Source of the DNA: Candidatus Edwardsbacteria bacterium | GTDB lineage: Bacteria; Edwardsbacteria; AC1; JBFLXN01 | DNA length: 12,346 bases | Direction: 5' to 3' | NCBI GenBank assembly: GCA_040755715.1 | Contig: JBFLXN010000014.1 | Span: 1 to 12,346 of the forward strand | Part shown: positions 6,837 through 12,176 of the stretch, one piece after another | Layout: the number at the start of each line of letters is the position of its first letter | How positions within the stretch are numbered: position 1 is the stretch's first letter | Position numbers and translations under genes: made by a program | Notes under the pieces: generated by a model | Seen by the model: the letters and a program-made list of their open reading frames with translations, nothing else | Databases searched by the model: none | Told to the model about the DNA's origin: nothing

Positions 6837-7420
6837 TTTTCTATTTTTACTTCTAAAATCCCATTCTTGTATGTTTTTTCTAGTTTTCCTTTAGATTCGC
6901 AGGGTAGTTTTAATTGCTGATGGTACTTGCGATCAGGAATATCTACTGATATTGCAAGGCTGTCTTTGACTAAATCAATTTTTATATCCTTTTCTTCAAT
7001 GCCTGGTATTTCAGCAATCACTTTAATATGATCTTCCTCATCAAAGATATCCGCTGGCCGCTCTTGAGGTGTTGGAGGGGGTGAGGGTTTTACTTCTGGT
7101 CTCTGTTTAGCAAAAGGTTTTCCTCTAAAGGCCCTTCCTCTTATGCCCGGAGGGATGCCGCCGGGGATACCCGAAGGCCTTCCTTCAGCTCTTTTCAAAG
7201 GGGCTTCTTTTATCTTACGCTCCACCTCTTTATCAACCTCCTTAAGCCTCTCTTTGAAAGCCGGGGATTTCTCCAGGCCTTTAATTAATCCCCCTAATCC
7301 GGGAATTACCTTGCCCAGACCTTTAAGTATTCCTCCTGCTACACTTTCAGATTCTTTTTCTCCCGCCTCGGGCGGGACATCCTCTGGTCGCTTTTTGTCT
7401 TTATCTTCTTTACCGGTCAT
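6833..7420 (-). CDS. Hsp20/alpha-crystallin domain protein with a long Gly/Pro-rich N-terminal region
   Basis: The C-terminus reads as an alpha-crystallin domain: DIFDEEDHIKVIAEIPGIEEKDIKIDLVKDSLAISVD...LEKTYKNGILEVKIEK. The N-terminal region carries G-rich repeats (GGILKGLGKVIPGLGGLIKGLEK, GIPGGIPPGIRG). The ATG at 7420 is preceded by AAAGGTG. Confidence 0.85.
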   Translation of the reverse strand: MTGKEDKDKKRPEDVPPEAGEKESESVAGGILKGLGKVIPGLGGLIKGLEKSPAFKERLKEVDKEVERKIKEAPLKRAEGRPSGIPGGIPPGIRGRAFRGKPFAKQRPEVKPSPPPTPQERPADIFDEEDHIKVIAEIPGIEEKDIKIDLVKDSLAISVDIPDRKYHQQLKLPCESKGKLEKTYKNGILEVKIEK

Positions 7421-7468
7421 ATTCTACACCTTTCTTTAGCTTTACTTGTTAAGCTGCTAGCTTATTTC

Positions 7469-7819
7469 TCATTCTGCCTTTATATCTTTTGCCTTGGCGC
7501 TTACCCAGCCACACCAGGGACAGCCCTCATCAAGTAATTCTTCTGCCAGAACTTTTTTGCCGCACTGTGGACAAAGTTCTTTACCCTTCATGGCTTCTTT
7601 CCAGGCTTCTGTTTCCACATTAGTCCCTGATGGAAACTCAAGGCCATACTTTGCTGCTGTCTCAAAAGAAGCCAGGGCTGCCCTTATCTTAATTCCCAAA
7701 AGCTCTACTCCGGCAACAGATATGGCGATATCCGCATTAATCACCAGGCCTTTGTCTAAAACCCGGTCTATGACATCAACCAAAGTAACACTTGCATCTT
7801 TTGTCGCTTCTATTGCCAT
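7469..7819 (-). CDS. gvpJ: gas vesicle structural protein, GvpA/J/M family (GvpJ-like), with a C-terminal zinc ribbon
   Basis: [53 protein letters not shown] is the gas-vesicle core, and it looks J-like from memory of the haloarchaeal GvpJ sequence. The C-terminus is CPQCGKKVLAEELLDEGCPWCGWVS. The ATG at 7819 is preceded by AAGGAGG with an 8-nt spacer. Confidence 0.88.
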   Translation of the reverse strand: MAIEATKDASVTLVDVIDRVLDKGLVINADIAISVAGVELLGIKIRAALASFETAAKYGLEFPSGTNVETEAWKEAMKGKELCPQCGKKVLAEELLDEGCPWCGWVSAKAKDIKAE

Positions 7820-7832
7820 TTCTATTGCCTCC

Positions 7833-8225
7833 TTACCCCGCTACTACACCTTGGCCTTTACATTTGGGGCAAGCCACTGGATGAGGTTTGCGCGGATATA
7901 CCCCACTTCCATTGCAAGTGGTGCATTTTTTAGAAGGTGTCATCCTTGTAACCACCCCTACCCCACCACAGGCTAAACAGTGTATGCGACTTGTAGTATA
8001 TGGGTCTATTCCCTTGCCACCACAAAAATTGCATTTCATTGTCGGGCCAATAATTCTCACCTTACCTTTTCCTAAACACACCTGGCAATCAGAAAGCTTA
8101 GATAAAAGCTGAAAAGGATCTTTTCCTATTCCATTACAAAAGGCGCATATAACTTCCACTTTATTTTTTTCTATTCGCCTAAGCTCCTCAGGTGCAATCG
8201 TAGCCCATTTTGGTTTTTTAGCCAT
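7833..8225 (-). CDS. DnaJ-type cysteine-rich zinc-finger protein with six CxxCxGxG repeats and no J domain
   Basis: Six repeats: CAFCNGIG, CQVCLGKG, CNFCGGKG, CLACGGVG, CTTCNGSG, CPKCKGQG. No HPD motif is present. The ATG at 8225 is preceded by GAGGAGGTG. Confidence 0.85.
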   Translation of the reverse strand: MAKKPKWATIAPEELRRIEKNKVEVICAFCNGIGKDPFQLLSKLSDCQVCLGKGKVRIIGPTMKCNFCGGKGIDPYTTSRIHCLACGGVGVVTRMTPSKKCTTCNGSGVYPRKPHPVACPKCKGQGVVAG

Positions 8226-8262
8226 CTTTCACCTCCTCACCTTCGGCTGGTCGGGGTTAGCA

Positions 8263-8320
8263 GTTATTAGTTATAAGTTATGTATTTTTAACTGATAACT
8301 TATAACCCGTAATCCATAAC
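8263..8320. promoter_or_regulatory. inverted arrays of GTTAT/ATAAC half-sites with 7-bp phasing (operator-like); includes a 12-bp perfect inverted repeat and a candidate promoter
   Basis: gttat occurs at 8263, 8270 and 8277; ataac occurs at 8295, 8302 and 8316. The perfect inverted repeat is gttataagttat (8270-8281) paired with ataacttataac (8295-8306), with a 13-nt loop. On the minus strand, TTATCA (8298-8293), a 17-nt spacer and TATAAC (8275-8270) resemble -35 and -10 boxes. The site lies in the 100-nt gap upstream of the zinc-finger gene. Confidence 0.35.
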
Positions 8321-8325
8321 TTTTT

Positions 8326-8901
8326 TTACCTTCTCTTCTTCTTGGGTTTCCCTTTGGTCTCTTTAGTCTTCTCCTTTATCTCTTCTTTTTCCTCCAAATC
8401 TTTTATGCGCTTCTTAAGTTCTGCCTCTTTTGTCTTAAAATCATCCCCAGTTATTTCAGCTCTCTCAAAACGCATTTTAAGCTCGAGGATTTCTTCTTCT
8501 AAGGCGACCTTAGGGTCTTTTTCTTCTTCAGCCTGCGCTCCCACTGCGGCAGTGATTCCTTTGACCATCTCTACTGGTTGATATGGCGCTGAAATTAGCT
8601 TACCCAAGAATCTAAATAACCCTATATCCTTTGGCCGTTCCAACTTGCGCCTTCTAATGGCTGGTACATTAGATATTCCCCATTTCTTAGTTGGCATCAT
8701 ACCCCAATATTTGGGAATAGTAATATTGGGTTTAGCGCTTACTAGGGGAATAGGTTTAGAAACCAAGGGAATCTCTTTACTAACCAGCGGAATAGCGCTT
8801 GCTACTTGGGGCATAGCCTTACTAACCGATGGTAAGCTACCCGCAGTAAAAGGAATGAATTTGGCTTCTTTCTTGTTAGATTTTTTCTTTTTGGGAGACA
8901 T
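8326..8901 (-). CDS. GvpG-like protein with an N-terminal [ILM]P-x-V-[SA]-K heptad-repeat extension and a Lys-rich tail
   Basis: The C-terminal half, LFRFLGKLISAPYQPVEMVKGITAAVGAQAEEE...LEEEILELKMRFERAEITGDDFKTKEAELKKRIKDLEE, parallels the canonical GvpG at 11444-11728. Compare LELKMRFERAEI here with LELQMRFEMGEV there. The N-terminal repeats are LPSVSKA, MPQVASA, IPLVSKE, IPLVSKP and IPLVSAKP. Confidence 0.78.
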   Translation of the reverse strand: MSPKKKKSNKKEAKFIPFTAGSLPSVSKAMPQVASAIPLVSKEIPLVSKPIPLVSAKPNITIPKYWGMMPTKKWGISNVPAIRRRKLERPKDIGLFRFLGKLISAPYQPVEMVKGITAAVGAQAEEEKDPKVALEEEILELKMRFERAEITGDDFKTKEAELKKRIKDLEEKEEIKEKTKETKGKPKKKRR

Positions 8902-8930
8902 CTTCCCTCCGCTCTTTTTTATATTTATAT

Positions 8931-10895
8931 TTATCCATATATTTCCTTAGAAAAATCCTTTAATCGGTCAATACCTTTGATCTGATAAGGGAAAAGCGGC
9001 AGCTGACCAATTTGATATTGCGAAGACCTTTCCCTCTCTATTTCCTGGATAATCTTAATCTGCTCACCTCTTTTTGACTCGCAAAAATTACATCTAGTTT
9101 TCGGAAGAATCATATTAACCAGAATATAATGAGAGGGGATGTTAAGTCGCTTAAGGTTCTCAAGGAGGCCGTCCATCTCACTCTTGCCCATAGCCTCTGG
9201 AATACCTACAACCACAAATTGACACCTCGCCGGATCTGTGAGAATCTCCTGTATTTTTCTCACCTTCTTAGAAAACTCTATCATCTCTTCAGCCTGTTTG
9301 GCCAATCGTACTATCCCCTTATATTTTATAAGTAATTTAAATATTGCATTTAGCCACTCCCTGGCAACCTGAGGCATCTCTAGAAACCGCAATAGGTGTC
9401 CTGTAGCTGCTGAATCTAAGATATATATATCAAATTTTCCTCCATCTATAAATTCCACCACCTTAGCTAAAGCCATAATCTCATCCAAACCGGGAGGAGT
9501 AAGTGAGATAAGTTCCTCTAAAATCTCCCTATCGAACTTAACATCCACTCCACCTCCGATAAATTTACTAAATACCTCGCTTATTTGGTCTTTATAATCC
9601 TTTTTAAAATTCTCAAGCAACTTCAAAGCATCTATCTCCAGGGCAAATAGATTATTGGGGACAGTCTCCTTCGGGGACAGTCCCCCTATCTGAGTGAGAT
9701 TATCTCCAATAGATAGACCAAAACTATCGGATAGCGAATGGGCAGGGTCGGTAGAAAAGACTAAGACTTTTTTAGAGGGGTATTTTTTGGCCATACTAAG
9801 TGCAGTGGCTGAAGCTATGGATGTTTTACCCACCCCACCTTTTCCCCCAAATATATATAATATAATGCCTTTCTCTATTAATTGAGGCAATTTAATAATA
9901 GAGAAAATCTTAGACTTGAAATCAAAAGGTTTCTTTCCAATGGGAAGGCGATGTGGCTTCTCTTCAAATAAAACCTGGGCATATTCCTTTAGTCGATCCA
10001 TCCCTCTGATTTGATATGGAAATATCGGTATCTGATGAAGTTCGAGATTTGCGAATTTTTGCCTGATTATATCTAATTCTTTCTTTTGTTCTTTCTCTTC
10101 CTTAGAACAAAAGGGACACCTGTTTTGACTACTTTTAATTTGATTGACGATAATAGATTTCACTGAAATTCCATATCCTTTTAATATCGCCAACAACCTT
10201 TCTGTCTCTTCTATAGCCAAGGTCTCGGGTTTAGTGACAGGTATAAATTCTGTTGAATCGCGGTTCTTTAGTAACCGACTTACTCTATCCACGTCGCTTT
10301 TCACCATCTCTAAAAATTCATCAGCGTCGTCTTTTTTGTATTTGCCAGCAAAATGGCTGGCTAAAAATCTATGCTTAGATTGCATCAAATCTAAAACTTC
10401 GACCCACTTTTTCATCTGAAGGGGTAAACCTAAAAGCCTTATGGTATGTCCTGTAGGTGCGGTGTCCAAGATGATTAAATCGTATTTCTCTTCTCTTAAG
10501 ATATTAGCTATTTTTATAACCGCCATTATCTCATCTAACCCTGGAATAGAAAGGGAAAAGAAATTCTCTATATCTTGCCTGTCGAAATAAGTTCCTCTCT
10601 CAACGATCTTTTTCATCACCAAATCATATTTCTTTTTAAAAAGAGAGGCCTCTTCCTCAGCTTTTATTTCTAAAGCCCAAAGATTGTTTAAATCTTTTAT
10701 GGGTGTAATGGTATTACCAACAGTATAGCCCAAACTATCACCCACTGAATGAGCAGGGTCACAGGATACAATCAAAATCCTCTGCTTGGGATAATGTTGG
10801 GCTAAATAAAGGCCAGTAGCAGTCGCTGATGTAGTTTTTCCGCAACCCCCCTTTCCACCAAAGATTATTAGACGCCGCTTCTCGCTGATTTTCAT
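8931..10895 (-). CDS. tandem-fused ArsA/Get3 (TRC40)-family ATPase (654 aa, two homologous halves)
   Basis: Half 1 has GGKGGCGKTT, CDPAHSVGDSLG, DTAPTGHTIRLLGLP and a CPFC motif. Half 2 has GGKGGVGKTS, TDPAHSLSDSFG, DSAATGHLLRFLEMP and a CNFC motif. Each half ends in a matching tail: IPIFPYQIRGMDRLKEY in half 1 and LPLFPYQIKGIDRLKDF in half 2. ATG at 10895. Confidence 0.92.
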   Translation of the reverse strand: MKISEKRRLIIFGGKGGCGKTTSATATGLYLAQHYPKQRILIVSCDPAHSVGDSLGYTVGNTITPIKDLNNLWALEIKAEEEASLFKKKYDLVMKKIVERGTYFDRQDIENFFSLSIPGLDEIMAVIKIANILREEKYDLIILDTAPTGHTIRLLGLPLQMKKWVEVLDLMQSKHRFLASHFAGKYKKDDADEFLEMVKSDVDRVSRLLKNRDSTEFIPVTKPETLAIEETERLLAILKGYGISVKSIIVNQIKSSQNRCPFCSKEEKEQKKELDIIRQKFANLELHQIPIFPYQIRGMDRLKEYAQVLFEEKPHRLPIGKKPFDFKSKIFSIIKLPQLIEKGIILYIFGGKGGVGKTSIASATALSMAKKYPSKKVLVFSTDPAHSLSDSFGLSIGDNLTQIGGLSPKETVPNNLFALEIDALKLLENFKKDYKDQISEVFSKFIGGGVDVKFDREILEELISLTPPGLDEIMALAKVVEFIDGGKFDIYILDSAATGHLLRFLEMPQVAREWLNAIFKLLIKYKGIVRLAKQAEEMIEFSKKVRKIQEILTDPARCQFVVVGIPEAMGKSEMDGLLENLKRLNIPSHYILVNMILPKTRCNFCESKRGEQIKIIQEIERERSSQYQIGQLPLFPYQIKGIDRLKDFSKEIYG

Positions 10896-10949
10896 CTGCG
10901 TTCATCTGATTTCCGGTGATATCTACGTTTATCTACGTTATTCTACTTC
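10891..10949. repeat. 10-bp-phased direct repeats spanning the gvpO end and the ATPase start
   Basis: ttcatctg occurs at 10891 and 10901. atctacgtt occurs at 10921 and 10931, with a degenerate ttctacttc at 10941. The first pair duplicates the ATG context (CAGATGAA twice on the minus strand). Confidence 0.4.
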
Positions 10950-11207
10950 AACTGTCTCGGTATCCGCCCTCTTTCTTAACCTTGTCCGATTAAATTCCAT
11001 TACATTGCCATCGTCATCCAAAATTACCTCATAGGTGGCTAAGATATCCATCTGGTCAGGAATGGAGTGCTTTTCTATCATCTCCATAGTAACCTTCCAG
11101 CCTTTTTCATCCTTAGCCGCCCCTAAAGTAGTAGAAAGTTCCAGTCCTGTAAACCTACTCAATTCCTCACGAGCCTTCTCAATAATCTGTTGCATTGTCT
11201 TCGCCAT
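10938..11207 (-). CDS. gvpO: gas vesicle protein GvpO
   Basis: The pattern AREELSRFTGLELSTTLGAAKDEKGWKVTMEMIEKHSIPDQMDILATYEVILDDDGNVMEFNRTRLRKR matches my recollection of the GvpO family (...G-W-x-V-x-x-E-x-x-E...P...D-x-LA-x-YEV-x-LD..G.......R). The ATG is preceded by AAGGAGGT with a 7-nt spacer. Confidence 0.82.
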   Translation of the reverse strand: MAKTMQQIIEKAREELSRFTGLELSTTLGAAKDEKGWKVTMEMIEKHSIPDQMDILATYEVILDDDGNVMEFNRTRLRKRADTETVEVE

Positions 11208-11232
11208 CTTTTATACCTCCTTTTTTAAAAAG

Positions 11233-11439
11233 TTATAGTTTCCTTTTAATCTTAGCCCCACAGGAAGGGCAGAATGCATAACCATAAATATACCGCCACC
11301 TTGCCCCACATTCCTGACATTCGATATTTAAGGGTTCTCCGCATTCTGAACAAAACCGCAGATTCCCCCAGGTTACACTTCCGCATCGAGGGCACCTAAA
11401 TGCACCTTTTGGTAGTGCTGGTTCTATTCTTTCTTCCAC
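11233..11439 (-). CDS. double zinc-ribbon protein (68 aa)
   Basis: Four CxxC pairs: CPRCG, CSECG, CQECG, CPSCG. The GTG start at 11439 is preceded by GGAGGTG with a 5-nt spacer. Confidence 0.72.
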   Translation of the reverse strand: MEERIEPALPKGAFRCPRCGSVTWGNLRFCSECGEPLNIECQECGARWRYIYGYAFCPSCGAKIKRKL

Positions 11440-11443
11440 ATTC

Positions 11444-11728
11444 TCACCTCCTCTCCTCTTTGTATTTCCTGATTGCCTCTAATCTTTCCAGGATTTTTCC
11501 TTCTTTCTTTTTATATTCCTCTTCGTTCACCTCGCCCATCTCAAAGCGCATCTGAAGTTCTAGCAACTCTTCCTGCACTTTAGACTCATCGGTCACCTCA
11601 GTCTCGGCTGTCTCCTTTAGTTTATTTCCGATCCATACCACCCCCTTTATAGGCAACAAAAAAGGCAATAAAATATCGGTTAATCCAAAACCCGATCCTT
11701 TAGAACCACTCTCAGGCTTTTCCTTCAC
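11444..11728 (-). CDS. gvpG: gas vesicle protein GvpG
   Basis: LTDILLPFLLPIKGVVWIGNKLKETAETEVTDESKVQEELLELQMRFEMGEVNEEEYKKKEGKILERLEAIRK fits the GvpG pattern. The present start is the GTG at 11728-11726, in a GTGA overlap created by the inserted element. See the findings for details. Confidence 0.85.
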   Translation of the reverse strand: MKEKPESGSKGSGFGLTDILLPFLLPIKGVVWIGNKLKETAETEVTDESKVQEELLELQMRFEMGEVNEEEYKKKEGKILERLEAIRKYKEERR

Positions 11729-12020
11729 CCCGCCCTTCCTTTCCTTGCAATGCCAAGTCTAGATTTTAATCTTGCCAAACCACTTCCGAACTTCTTCAAG
11801 CTTTTTTCCCTTTCAAATGCCACATCTTTAGATCTATAGGCCTCAAAATATATTAACTCCACTGGTAACATCTTTCTAGTTGAATATATCTTTCCTTGCT
11901 TATGCTCCATTAACCTTTTTTTCAAGTTATTCGTACATCCTATATAAATCCAGTCTTTAACTTTACTACTGAGTAAATATATATAATGCCAATTAGGCTT
12001 TTTAGGAAGGGCGGGGTTCA
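11724..12020 (-). mobile_element. putative miniature autonomous element: TTCA | 12-bp TIR | GIY-YIG ORF | 12-bp TIR | TTCA
   Basis: The plus strand has ccccgcccttcc at 11728-11739 and its perfect reverse complement ggaagggcgggg at 12005-12016. Direct ttca copies flank these at 11724-11727 and 12017-12020. The ORF start (xTG) and stop (TGA) both fall within the flanking TGAA copies. Confidence 0.5.
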
Positions 12021-12021
12021 C
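11725..12021 (-). CDS. small GIY-YIG nuclease family protein (98 aa)
   Basis: WHYIYLLSSKVKDWIYIGCTNNLKKRLMEHKQG...ELIYFEAY...AFEREKSLKK carries the GIY/YIG motifs, the conserved Arg, the Glu and the RE-x-x-x-K signature. Start is the GTG at 12021 and stop is the TGA at 11727-11725. The ORF is bounded by 12-bp inverted repeats. Confidence 0.85.
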   Translation of the reverse strand: MNPALPKKPNWHYIYLLSSKVKDWIYIGCTNNLKKRLMEHKQGKIYSTRKMLPVELIYFEAYRSKDVAFEREKSLKKFGSGLARLKSRLGIARKGRAG

Positions 12022-12176
12022 CCTGCCCTTCCTTTTCTCGCAATGCCAAGCCTATATTCAATTTGGCTAAACTGTTTTTGCATTTCTTTAAAATCTTTGC
12101 CCTGCCCTTAAGCTTAAAATGTGGGATTTACCCAGCCCTTGCGCGCAAGGGCTGGGTTTAGGAAGGGCGGGGTTCA
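12017..12176 (-). mobile_element. degenerate, internally deleted tandem copy of the GIY-YIG element
   Basis: The TIRs are ccctgcccttcc at 12021-12032 (one mismatch) and ggaagggcgggg at 12161-12172, with flanking ttca at 12017-12020 and 12173-12176. The copy keeps the first 7 codons (ATG AAC CCC GCC CTT CCT AAA = MNPALPK). It also keeps the last 11 codons plus stop (RLGIARKGRAG*), which differ from the intact copy only synonymously. Its interior is disrupted by stops and a 26-bp palindrome. Confidence 0.45.
12127..12160. repeat. 26-bp perfect palindrome cccagcccttgcgcgcaagggctggg flanked by direct ttta
   Basis: The palindrome spans 12131-12156 and is exactly self-complementary. Direct ttta copies sit at 12127-12130 and 12157-12160. 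It is GC-rich in an AT-rich context. Confidence 0.7.

Noticed and set aside
7361-7377. Palindrome tcccgcc-tcg-ggcggga inside the sHsp gene, considered as another copy of the GC-rich element
   Set aside because: Its sequence differs from the CCC(C/A)GCCCTT arms and it has no direct flanking tetranucleotide. It fits normal coding sequence (PPEAGE) and is probably coincidental.
7450-7464. Small hairpin taagct-gct-agctta just after the gvpJ-like stop, considered as an attenuating terminator
   Set aside because: It has only a 6-bp AT-rich stem, a 3-nt loop and no downstream U-run on the coding strand. That is too weak to call.
7494-7976. 160-aa plus-strand ORF. Other plus-strand ORFs are similar, for example 1553-1948, 3626-3958, 6276-6599 and 8645-8950.
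   Set aside because: All lie antisense to minus-strand genes that have clear family motifs. Their products are low-complexity and rich in S, L, P and F, which is typical of shadow frames. None has an SD or a recognisable domain.
8931-10895. Annotating the ATPase as the arsenite-pump subunit ArsA, implying an arsenic-resistance locus
   Set aside because: No arsR, arsB, arsC or arsD genes are in the window. The per-half CxxC is Get3-like and does not match the ArsA metalloid site. The surrounding context is entirely gvp and chaperone genes.
10903-10905. Upstream ATG in the duplicated CAGATGAA, considered as the ATPase start
   Set aside because: It is out of frame with the P-loop ORF by 10 nt and opens only a short ORF. 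The ATG at 10895 gives MKISEKRRLIIFGGKGGCGKT.
12005-12032. GC-rich hairpin ggaagggcgggg-ttca-ccctgcccttcc followed by tttt on the plus strand, which looks like a rho-independent terminator
   Set aside because: There is no plus-strand gene to terminate. The structure is simply the junction of two adjacent element ends (a right TIR abutting the next copy's left TIR). On the coding strand it is not followed by a U-tract.
11724-12176. Repeated GC-rich units, considered as a CRISPR array
   Set aside because: The units are inverted rather than direct repeats. Spacing is irregular (about 290 and 150 bp). One interval encodes an intact GIY-YIG ORF, and there are no cas genes.
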